From positions 8,038 through 72,037 of the forward strand of contig JBJXHE010000017.1 in assembly GCA_046160785.1 (NCBI GenBank): a stretch of 64,000 bases of DNA. Reading direction: 5' to 3'. This stretch comes from Planctomycetota bacterium (GTDB lineage: Bacteria > Planctomycetota > UBA1135 > JACQFD01). The position numbers and the translations under genes are program-made. Below are positions 27,900-36,410 of the stretch, piece after piece. The number at the start of each line of letters is the position of its first letter. Position 1 is the first letter of the stretch. The notes under the pieces are model-generated. The model was not told the DNA's origin. It was given only the letters and a program-made list of their open reading frames with translations, and searched no databases.

Positions 27900-29606
27900 T
27901 TACCCGCGAAGTTTTTTCTTAACTTTATCCATAAGACTTTTTCCGAGCACCGACTCCGCGGCGCGCCGGGCGGAGTGTTTGATTTTTATAGTCTTCACGC
28001 CTGGCGGATCGCCGAGCGGAACTTCTATGAGCGCCGGAGCGGGAGCATTTAATATCGTTTGGAGCCGGGCTTCCGCGCCGCTTTCCATTTGTAAATAATC
28101 GATTCCGATCGACTCCGCGAAGAGTTCAAAATTCGGATTTGTTATTTCGGTGGCGTGCGCGGCGCCGTACTCCTGGATTTGTTTGATTCGGATGAGCCCG
28201 AGCTGGCGGTCATTAAATACAATCACTTTCACGGGAATCCGCTCGCGGGCGAGCATTAACATATCGAATCCCATCATGGCGAAGCCGCCGTCTCCCATGA
28301 GCGCGACGGTTGCGGAATTGTTATTTCCAACGAACACGCCCGCGGCGGCCGGAAGCGCGAAACCCATCGATTGAAAATCAGCGGGGACGATCAGTGTTCG
28401 CGGCTCCAACACTTGATAATATTTTCGCGCGAGCAACTGATGGAGTCCGGAATCTGTTACAATCGCCGCCGAGCGTGGAAGCGCGTTTCGTAATATATCA
28501 AAAAAGCGCGCGGCGGTCGGCGGCGACATCGTTGTAAATCGTGGCTCAAGTGCTTCAGGCGGTTCCGGAGTTAATAATTCTGATTTCAATTGTAATAATT
28601 CATCGGTCGCGAAGCCCGGCGCGCGCGGCGCGGATCCCGCGTTGACGGACGATAGGCGCCGGAGCAGTTCTGGCGCGTCCATTACAAATGCGTCGCGCGC
28701 CGGAATATTTGCATTGAGCACTTCGGCCGACGCGTCGACGTGGATGAATTTGTCTCTCGGAATTCGCAGGCGAAATCCGCCGGTGCCGTTATGTGTAAAT
28801 TTAACACCAAGACCAAGAACGAGATCGCACGACGCCAGAAAAGAGTTTAACTTATCAAAACGGCTTCCAATCTTATCAATCGGAAACGAGAACGGCGAAT
28901 CTTCGGGAACCGCGCCGCGCGCGGACGTTGTTAAGAAAACGGGACATGGATAATAACGCGCCGCTTCGGCGAGCTCCTTCGACGCGCCGCGCGCCCCCTG
29001 GCCGGCGTAGATTGCAATTCTCTTTGCGGCACCGAGCGCCGCGCGAATTTTAGCAAAGTCCGATTCATTACATTTAGCGGCGGCCGGCGCCGCGAAGGCA
29101 ACATCTGTTGCTTCAGCCGTCAAGAAAGATCTCGGAATTTCAACAATAACGGGACCCGGCTCGCCCTCGCACGCCAGCGCAAACGCGGCGTCGATGGAAT
29201 GTATTAAATCTGCGCGGCTGGCCACTTGTATAAACCGCTTGACGAGCGAAGACGCCATCTCTCGCTGCGGAATATCTTGTAACTGATATCGCGGCGTATC
29301 CAACTCGGTGGGCCGCCCGAGCAAATGTACAATTGCGAGCGAATCGAGCCTCGCCTCTGCGAGCGCCGGAATCGAATATGTAAATCCAGGGCCGGGGATT
29401 GTTATTAAAACGCCCGGCCGTCCCGTCGCGTGAAAATAACCATTCGCCATGAATCCCGCGGCAAGTTCGTGTGGCGCGGCGACCGTTCGAATCGTTGAAT
29501 TTCGCAAGGCTTCAAATAATTCCACATTCTGCGTGCCCGCGACGCCGAAAACGGCGCCCACGCCGCGGCTCTCAAGATATTTACAAATCGCGCGTGCGCC
29601 GATCAT
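27900..29606 (-). CDS. Thiamine-diphosphate-dependent enzyme, acetolactate-synthase-like
   Basis: The N-terminal TPP-Pyr domain reads GVGAVFGVAGTQNVELFEAL. The C-terminal TPP-binding motif is GDGGFAMMG...N. The protein is 568 aa. Confidence 0.75.
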   Translation of the reverse strand: MIGARAICKYLESRGVGAVFGVAGTQNVELFEALRNSTIRTVAAPHELAAGFMANGYFHATGRPGVLITIPGPGFTYSIPALAEARLDSLAIVHLLGRPTELDTPRYQLQDIPQREMASSLVKRFIQVASRADLIHSIDAAFALACEGEPGPVIVEIPRSFLTAEATDVAFAAPAAAKCNESDFAKIRAALGAAKRIAIYAGQGARGASKELAEAARYYPCPVFLTTSARGAVPEDSPFSFPIDKIGSRFDKLNSFLASCDLVLGLGVKFTHNGTGGFRLRIPRDKFIHVDASAEVLNANIPARDAFVMDAPELLRRLSSVNAGSAPRAPGFATDELLQLKSELLTPEPPEALEPRFTTMSPPTAARFFDILRNALPRSAAIVTDSGLHQLLARKYYQVLEPRTLIVPADFQSMGFALPAAAGVFVGNNNSATVALMGDGGFAMMGFDMLMLARERIPVKVIVFNDRQLGLIRIKQIQEYGAAHATEITNPNFELFAESIGIDYLQMESGAEARLQTILNAPAPALIEVPLGDPPGVKTIKIKHSARRAAESVLGKSLMDKVKKKLRG

Positions 29607-29610
29607 TTAA

Positions 29611-30639
29611 TTAGCGCTTCAACCTCGAGAGAGTATTTGTTATGAATCGGCCCGCGCGGAATTTCGCCGACTCGGCGCTCGACAACACCCAGCACATTTC
29701 TAACGTTCCGCCGAATTGGCTTTTGAAGTGTGTCACGGGGTTCAGCGACGCGTCGGTCAGATCATTAGCTTTGTATCCAAGCGCCGACAATGCTTCAAAT
29801 GTTTTCCATCGCACAAATGCGCTCGCGCCGATCTTTAAGAATTCAGGATCGGCTCCGGCGCCGACCGTATGCGACACCGGGTGCGGACCTAACAAAACGA
29901 GCTGCGCGGCGATGGAGCGGCCGTCAGGCGTTCGCGCGTGAAAGAGTTTACAAAAATGGATCGCACTGAGCCGCCGAAAATATTGTAAAAATTGCGGCTT
30001 GGGTAAATAGATCGGCGCGCCCTTTCGCTCGTGCGTTTGCGCGTGCATATTGTAAAAACTATCAAAATCGTCGTCGGACGTAATATTAATATTATGATCG
30101 GCGCAGCGATCGACGAGGCGGCGAAGGTTTTGCTCGACACGCTCCCATTGTTGCTTCAAATCGACGGTCGGCACAACATAAGTAAACGCAGGCGACGCCG
30201 ACCAGCCGCGGTCAATCCACAATCGCGGATCAGCGAATGCGCCGCGCGATTTGATACGTACGCTCGCGAGCCCGAGCGAAGCAACAAATCGTTCAAGCTC
30301 GCCTGCGATTTCTAAATGCTTTGAAGTTCGGATCGACGGATACTTTGTATCGTAATCGCGGAGCACGAGTCCGTTATAATATAATAATCTTCGATCCGAT
30401 ACAAATGTTCCAAAACGCGACGCTTCTTGATATATTGCAATTCCGCCGAGGATTTCGTCGCCCTTCAAGACGGCAGCGATCTGAAACGTCCCGCCCGTGG
30501 CGCCGCAGAGAATATCTAAATATTCCGGCGTCGAGTAAACACTTCCCGTCGACGACGCCGCGACGAATTTATTCCATTTGGGATACTCGACATCCTTAAG
30601 AATCCGCGCCGAAACGCCGCTAGTGGGAGTGGGATTCAC
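29611..30639 (-). CDS. FemAB-like / GNAT (Acetyltransf_6-type) acyl- or aminoacyl-transferase
   Basis: The size and the C-terminal NPVTHFKSQFGG motif resemble FemAB-family proteins of polysaccharide clusters. The stop is 4 nt from the downstream gene, and the start overlaps the upstream gene by 4 nt. Confidence 0.55.
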   Translation of the reverse strand: MNPTPTSGVSARILKDVEYPKWNKFVAASSTGSVYSTPEYLDILCGATGGTFQIAAVLKGDEILGGIAIYQEASRFGTFVSDRRLLYYNGLVLRDYDTKYPSIRTSKHLEIAGELERFVASLGLASVRIKSRGAFADPRLWIDRGWSASPAFTYVVPTVDLKQQWERVEQNLRRLVDRCADHNINITSDDDFDSFYNMHAQTHERKGAPIYLPKPQFLQYFRRLSAIHFCKLFHARTPDGRSIAAQLVLLGPHPVSHTVGAGADPEFLKIGASAFVRWKTFEALSALGYKANDLTDASLNPVTHFKSQFGGTLEMCWVLSSAESAKFRAGRFITNTLSRLKR

Positions 30640-31937
30640 TTGGTGCGAGGCATCAGATGATTTTTCAAGAATCGTTTAACTAAGAATCGAAAATTACTAA
30701 TCACCGGCCCGGTGTCGTTCCACGCGAATATGGGTTGTTTTGAACGCACCCACGACGCGACGCACGATGCTAACGATACGCGTTTCGCCGCGAGCGCCGC
30801 CAGGTTGCCATGTTTACGCTCGCGTTGATACCAAAAATAACCTTCGAGGTCAAAGTAAGGATACGCGCAGCCGACGTTTGTTTTGTAGTCATTCATTTTC
30901 GGAAGTTCGATTCCGAGCGCGTCGGCGTACGCCATTTCGCAGACGGGCGCGCCGCAATACTCTGCAAATTCAACGTACCACCATGGCCGGACATTTACTT
31001 CTAATAAACAAAAATTACCGTTGCGCGGATCGCGCTTGAATTCCGCGCTGAAGATTCCGCGATAGTTTAAATATGCAAACAATATCTTGAGATTGTTCAT
31101 CGCGGGCTCGACGAGATCCATCGCAATACTTTTCATATATGTACTATTTCCGAAATCGGCCGGGTACATGCGCAGGCGCTGCCGCGCGAACTGCGCGCGG
31201 ACGGCTCCGGTTCTATCAATAAAACCGTCAATGAAATAATGTTCGGTCGGCGGCCCCGGAATATACTCTTGCAGCAAAACATGAAATCCGGCTTTTTGTA
31301 GCTCGTTAAACTTTAAGATTGCTTCCGCTTTTGTTGATACATGCAATGCCTTTACTTTATATTGCTCGATGAAACGCGCCGAAGATCGCGGCTTCAAGAA
31401 CGCGCCGTGAAAACGCTTCTCATCCATTTCGTGCAACAATCCGGGGTCGTCGCTCACCACGGTCATTGGATGCGGCAATCCGAGCTGCGACATGACAGAC
31501 GCTAATTTTCCTTTGTCTAATAATATGGAAATCGTTTCGGGCGGCGCAAGAGATGTTAAAAATCTCTTTTTAAGATATTCGGGAATCGCGGCCGCCGCTT
31601 CCGTCCATGTGTCTGTACACGGAAAAAGAACTGCTCGTTCAAATGATAACGATCTCACTATGCTAATAAAACGATCAGTCGAAGCGCCCGGACTTTGAAA
31701 CTCCGCCGGGACGATCAGCGGTTTATAATACTTTGATTGGGTTACAAGATCGTTTGGATTTGTATAAACAAGTGTTTGTATTCCGCGGCGCGAAAGCGTT
31801 CGCAGCACTCCGAGCGCGGTGATACTTGTTCCAAATACAATGGCAGGAATATCGCAGCGTGAGGCGGCATTTGATCCCGAATTGTGAATTTGCGATTGCA
31901 AATGATCAAATTCTTTTCGCGACGATGACATAACCAT
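30636..31937 (-). CDS. ATP-grasp superfamily ligase (COG3919-like)
   Basis: LLQEYIPGPPTEHYFIDGF and FSAEFKRDPRNGNFCLLEVNVRPWW are typical of the ATP-grasp fold. The N-terminus has a Rossmann-like AIVFGTSITALGVLRTL. Confidence 0.65.
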   Translation of the reverse strand: MVMSSSRKEFDHLQSQIHNSGSNAASRCDIPAIVFGTSITALGVLRTLSRRGIQTLVYTNPNDLVTQSKYYKPLIVPAEFQSPGASTDRFISIVRSLSFERAVLFPCTDTWTEAAAAIPEYLKKRFLTSLAPPETISILLDKGKLASVMSQLGLPHPMTVVSDDPGLLHEMDEKRFHGAFLKPRSSARFIEQYKVKALHVSTKAEAILKFNELQKAGFHVLLQEYIPGPPTEHYFIDGFIDRTGAVRAQFARQRLRMYPADFGNSTYMKSIAMDLVEPAMNNLKILFAYLNYRGIFSAEFKRDPRNGNFCLLEVNVRPWWYVEFAEYCGAPVCEMAYADALGIELPKMNDYKTNVGCAYPYFDLEGYFWYQRERKHGNLAALAAKRVSLASCVASWVRSKQPIFAWNDTGPVISNFRFLVKRFLKNHLMPRTK

Positions 31938-32709
31938 TCACGAATCCATCGTCTTTCGAGAACGACCCAATAAACTTAGCAATTCCCTGAGTTGCGGCGC
32001 ATCCAATCCAAACAAAAGGCTTCGCAAACCAATGTAAAGAAACCGCGCCGTCGCGGCGAATTTCGCGTGCTCCGAGCCGGTAAATGGCGCGCGATGCGAT
32101 CGCGCCCGCGACCGTCGGAAAATTTCCGCGAGGCGAAATGCGTTCAACTTCAAAACCGGCCGACTTGAAAAGTTGTTGTAATCCGAACGGTGTAAATCTC
32201 CAAAAGTCATAGGGCGTTTGATGCAATTCAACCGCGAACGGAACAGTTAACAATACACGGCCGCCCGGTTTTAGTATTCTTCTGATCTCTTTTAATACAA
32301 CCATCGGCTCTGGAACGTGCTCGAGCACTTCGGTGCAAAGACAACTATCAAATATTTCATTAGCAAACGGAATTTCCTGCGCGTCGCCGAATGCATCAAC
32401 AATACCATTCAATCTTTTAAAGGAAACGCGCAGCGCATCTTCAACATTCATCACCGCGCCGGGATGTTCCACTCCATAATAATGTTCAATTGATGTAAAT
32501 AATGAAGCGTAAGGCCGGTCGCCGCAGCCGACGTCGAGCATCTTCCCTCGCATTGCGGGAGCTTCCGCCGCGATGCCTTTCCACAATAGTTGATGATCTA
32601 GAAAATAAGGATTAAATAAAGAATGTTTCCAAACAGCGCGAAGGCGCTTGCGGAAAGTTTTTCTAGGTGCGAGGGAGATTTCGTCGGGCACAGGGGGAGC
32701 ATAACTCAA
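31906..32709 (-). CDS. Class I SAM-dependent methyltransferase
   Basis: Motif I is MLDVGCGDRPY and post-I is FDSCLCTEVLEHV. It is the first gene of the 4-gene minus-strand operon and overlaps the ATP-grasp ORF by up to 32 nt. Confidence 0.75.
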   Translation of the reverse strand: MSYAPPVPDEISLAPRKTFRKRLRAVWKHSLFNPYFLDHQLLWKGIAAEAPAMRGKMLDVGCGDRPYASLFTSIEHYYGVEHPGAVMNVEDALRVSFKRLNGIVDAFGDAQEIPFANEIFDSCLCTEVLEHVPEPMVVLKEIRRILKPGGRVLLTVPFAVELHQTPYDFWRFTPFGLQQLFKSAGFEVERISPRGNFPTVAGAIASRAIYRLGAREIRRDGAVSLHWFAKPFVWIGCAATQGIAKFIGSFSKDDGFVNGYVIVAKRI

Positions 32710-32839
32710 AATTGTCGATTCCGCGCACGCATGATCATTAAAAGTCTTTAGATGCTTTGCCTGTTTCCCCGATTAACGCAAATAATCCTTGGAACGAGGC
32801 GGCTCATTCCGCGCGAGCGACGTTCGATCTTAGCGAGAT

Positions 32840-33865
32840 TTGTTACTGATGACATCATTACCATCCAATTCAAAAGCATCCGTTGCGGATCCCTCTACGA
32901 TGCCGCCGACACCGGCGGATGCCGCCACGTTGCGCGCGTCGATTCTTAAGATTACGACCGGTGCAAAAATTGTGGAAGCAGCCGTCGATTGGATTCAAAA
33001 TGTATTAGTTAAGATTCCATCTGGAGACGCCGCTGCGGTGCGCGTCGTCGCAGGATTTCGCGTCCAGCGTCCGTCGGGATCATTAAAGAGTATTAAAGTA
33101 TATTCACGCGGCAACGCTGTAGAAACTACATTTAGTATTGAACGCGTCGGTTTGTTTGGGGGAAACAACCCCGTGCTGCAGGTGCTCGCGCACGAGAAGC
33201 CCCACGATCCATTTGTTACATCCTTTCAAAAGGCGTTGAGCCAGGAATTAACTATAGCTTCAGTTCCCATCATGAATCTCAAGGGAATCTGGGGCTCGAT
33301 TTGCATTGGATTTAAACAATCCGATCTTACATTTGAGTCTGCGGAAAGAATTCTGCGAGTCGTGGTACGCGTTGTTAACGATCAACTTTCGAAGCACGAG
33401 ATCCCGCAGGCTCAAGCAATATTAAATACGGCTCCGCGTTCCATTCTTCCGGTCGACGAGTTTTTGGGCAATCTGGATTTGTTATTAGCGTGTTCACCGA
33501 AAGGCGCACCTGGTGCCGGTATTATTGCATTTTCGCTTAAAGCTAAAACAAGCGACGACGCGGCCGCGATCAAGCGCATGATTCGCCAGGTTGCGCAGCG
33601 GGCAATTGATATTTCGCGAAGCCTGGATACTGTTACAATCGTCGGAGACGACACCGTTCTTCTCGTATTGCCGCGCGCCGACCAGGCTGTTTGCGCAAAT
33701 GTAATTTCTCGATTGCAGAATAAACTAAAAGCTACAATTCCGGCGGCTGCGAGCGGCGGGTTCACTTCGACGACACTGGACGCCACCGCGAATTCCTCGA
33801 TGGAATTGTTTGAATCTCTCGCGTCCAAGTCGCGAGCGGCCGCGGCTCCGATTTCGATTTATTAA
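32840..33865 (+). CDS. Hypothetical regulator-like protein: GAF-like domain + degenerate GGDEF-like domain (inference)
   Basis: The central region ends in a GAF-like ASVPIMNLKGIWGSICIGF. The C-terminal region is spaced like a GGDEF domain, but IVGDDTV replaces the RxGGDEF signature. The start is TTG 32840 or ATG 32849. Confidence 0.4.
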   Translation: MLLMTSLPSNSKASVADPSTMPPTPADAATLRASILKITTGAKIVEAAVDWIQNVLVKIPSGDAAAVRVVAGFRVQRPSGSLKSIKVYSRGNAVETTFSIERVGLFGGNNPVLQVLAHEKPHDPFVTSFQKALSQELTIASVPIMNLKGIWGSICIGFKQSDLTFESAERILRVVVRVVNDQLSKHEIPQAQAILNTAPRSILPVDEFLGNLDLLLACSPKGAPGAGIIAFSLKAKTSDDAAAIKRMIRQVAQRAIDISRSLDTVTIVGDDTVLLVLPRADQAVCANVISRLQNKLKATIPAAASGGFTSTTLDATANSSMELFESLASKSRAAAAPISIY

Positions 33866-33870
33866 AATAA

Positions 33871-35250
33871 CTAATATCTGCCGAGCTCGAACCGGAGGGC
33901 GTCTTCGAGGTTCGGATACTCAAATCGGAAACGCGCGTTTTGTAAGACTTCGGGAATTACCCGCTGACTTCCTAGTAATAATGTTTCCCCGAGTTCTCCG
34001 AATGCTAACGATACTATCGGGGCGGGAAGCGGGGCGATCGTGGGGCGGCGAAGTACGCGCCCGAGGGTTTTTGTAAATTCACTATTCGTGACGGCGCCCG
34101 GCGCGACGGCATTCGCAGCGCCCGAAATTTGATCATTCATGATCGCGTAATGAATCGCAGCGACGGCATCGTACAACGAAATCCAACTCATCCATTGATC
34201 GCCTGATCCGACGCGACCACCGGCTCCTAACAAAAACGGAATTAACATTTTCTTGAGAGCGCCGTCGCGCGCGGCGAGAATCACGCCGAATCGTAAATTT
34301 ACAGTTCGAACGCCGCGGTCGCGCGCAGGTTGAGCGGCCGCTTCCCATTCCTGGCACACTTTTGATAGAAAGTCGAGCCCCGGTGCGCTCGTTTCTGTAA
34401 GAATCTCATCGCCGCGATTCGCGTAAATTCCGATTGCGGACGCACTCACGAACACGCGCGGCGGATTCTTTAATTTTATAATTTCAGAAGTTAAGAATCG
34501 CGTGCCCTCGACGCGCGACCGGCGAATCTCTTCCTTCTGTTTCGTGCTCCAGCGCCGCGATGCAATATTCTCGCCGGCTAAATGTATAATCGCGTCGAAG
34601 CCTTCCAGTTTTGTAGATTCGATTTTTCCGGCTTTGGGATCCCACTCGATGCGTTCGGAAAGATAATTATATTTCTGCCGGCCCGGCCGCGTGATCGGAA
34701 TCACGGTGTGGCCGCCCGTTGTTAAGAATGCGGCGAGCGACGATCCGACGAGGCCGTTCGCGCCCGTGATTCCAATTCGAAGTGATTCGTTGGGATACTC
34801 ACAATGTCGCCGGACGTCGCTTTTTAGTATTTGGTGGCGATACCGAAACGCGCGGTCAAGGTCAGCGCGCATTTTAAAATTTATGATTGGGCCTAGTCCG
34901 AACGGTAATTGGTAACGAAGGTGATCCGAGAGGACGCACGCACCCGAGTTGTCTGGCAAAACGGAATGATAGTGTTCCCATTGAAACGGCCCGCCTTTCG
35001 TTTCATCAACAAATGATAATTGTGCCCGGTTGAAATCTTTATGTTGCGAGATCCATTTCATTGCAAAAGGGCCGATTCGCATTTTTGTTATAACGCGCCC
35101 GTTTGTTTCGACGTTTCCGTGGCGCTCCAATACTTCCAATGGCTGAAACCCTGGCATCAGGCGCTCGAGGGCGCCGGGCCTCAAATGCCAATCGAATACT
35201 ACTTTTGCAGGCGCGTCGACGCGGCTCTGTAATCGAAATTCGTATTTCAA
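33871..35250 (-). CDS. SRPBCC-domain + YfcH/SDR39U1-like NAD-dependent epimerase family protein (DUF1731 C-terminus)
   Basis: The Rossmann motif is IGITGANGLVGSSL. The TIGR01777-like tail is ...LGSQRVIPEVLQNARFRFEYPNLEDAL. A ~150-aa cyclase/START-like domain sits at the N-terminus. Confidence 0.7.
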   Translation of the reverse strand: MKYEFRLQSRVDAPAKVVFDWHLRPGALERLMPGFQPLEVLERHGNVETNGRVITKMRIGPFAMKWISQHKDFNRAQLSFVDETKGGPFQWEHYHSVLPDNSGACVLSDHLRYQLPFGLGPIINFKMRADLDRAFRYRHQILKSDVRRHCEYPNESLRIGITGANGLVGSSLAAFLTTGGHTVIPITRPGRQKYNYLSERIEWDPKAGKIESTKLEGFDAIIHLAGENIASRRWSTKQKEEIRRSRVEGTRFLTSEIIKLKNPPRVFVSASAIGIYANRGDEILTETSAPGLDFLSKVCQEWEAAAQPARDRGVRTVNLRFGVILAARDGALKKMLIPFLLGAGGRVGSGDQWMSWISLYDAVAAIHYAIMNDQISGAANAVAPGAVTNSEFTKTLGRVLRRPTIAPLPAPIVSLAFGELGETLLLGSQRVIPEVLQNARFRFEYPNLEDALRFELGRY

Positions 35251-35259
35251 GTAATTACT

Positions 35260-36312
35260 TTATTTTAGCTTTGATTTGAGATCGTCAAGTTCTTTCTTTA
35301 GTTTCTTGAATTCCTGTAACAAATCAGGAAGCCGCTTGGAAGCGGCCCATTCGCGGTTGCGCCGCGCGTTTTCACGCGCGGGATATCCGATAATTTTCAT
35401 TCCGGGAGTTGTAAACGATCGAAGCACCGCGGATTTTGATAATACAGATACGTCGTCGGCAATTTCGATGTGCCCCGCGGCTCCGGATTGGCCGGCGAAG
35501 ACAACGCGCTTTCCTATTTTTGTACTTCCGGCGATGCCGACGCCCGCGGCAAATGCACAATTTTCTCCAATATTACAATTGTGCGCGATGTGAACATGTG
35601 CGTCGAACTTGCATCCTTTTTGTATTCTCGTTGCGCCGATGGCGCCGCGCGCAATCGTACTATTGGGGCCGACTTCCACGTCGTCTTCAATGACAACATT
35701 TCCGACCTGCGGAAATTTTTCGTAACGGCCGTCGGATGTTTTCGCAAATCCAAAACCATCCATTCCGATCACGCTGCCAGAATGTAATATAACACGGTTG
35801 CCGATTACAATTTCGTGAAAGACAACGGCGTTCGGGAAAAGTATACAGTTATCTCCGATCGTGGTCGACGCTCCAATCTTAACTCCCGGCATCACGAGCG
35901 TGTCCTTGCCAATTTTAACATTATTACCAATCACAACGTGGGCGCCGATGCTCACGCCGGAAGCTAATTGTAGGTTTTCGCCAACGACAGCCGTTTTATG
36001 TATTCCCGGAGATTGATCAAAAGGAATGAGCGGCGGGCGAAAGAATGCAATACAACGAATAAATGCAATGTAAGGATCGTCGACGCGGATCCAGGCTGTT
36101 TCCGCCTTGCGCGCCGCTTTGAATTCTTTATCTCGTGCAACGAGCACAGCGCCCGCGCGAGTCGATTCTAAGTATTTTTCAAATTTTATATTTCCGAGAA
36201 AGACAAGTGTTTCCGGCCCGCCTTCTTCAATTTTAGCAACACCCGAAATTGCAATATTCGGGTTGCCTTCGACGTCGCCGCGGACGAGGGCCGCTATATC
36301 GCTAACGTTCAT
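35260..36312 (-). CDS. lpxD: UDP-3-O-acylglucosamine N-acyltransferase
   Basis: The N-terminal LpxD domain (MNVSDIAALVRGDVEGNPNIAISGVAKIEEG) is followed by long left-handed beta-helix hexapeptide repeats and a C-terminal helix. Confidence 0.9.
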   Translation of the reverse strand: MNVSDIAALVRGDVEGNPNIAISGVAKIEEGGPETLVFLGNIKFEKYLESTRAGAVLVARDKEFKAARKAETAWIRVDDPYIAFIRCIAFFRPPLIPFDQSPGIHKTAVVGENLQLASGVSIGAHVVIGNNVKIGKDTLVMPGVKIGASTTIGDNCILFPNAVVFHEIVIGNRVILHSGSVIGMDGFGFAKTSDGRYEKFPQVGNVVIEDDVEVGPNSTIARGAIGATRIQKGCKFDAHVHIAHNCNIGENCAFAAGVGIAGSTKIGKRVVFAGQSGAAGHIEIADDVSVLSKSAVLRSFTTPGMKIIGYPARENARRNREWAASKRLPDLLQEFKKLKKELDDLKSKLK

Positions 36313-36410
36313 TATTATAATTTACAGAAATGGAGTTGGGCGGAAACTCGTTTTTGTTGGATTCGCTTTGGGTTTTTGTGCATGTCACTCTACCGGCGTG
36401 CACCGGGAAT

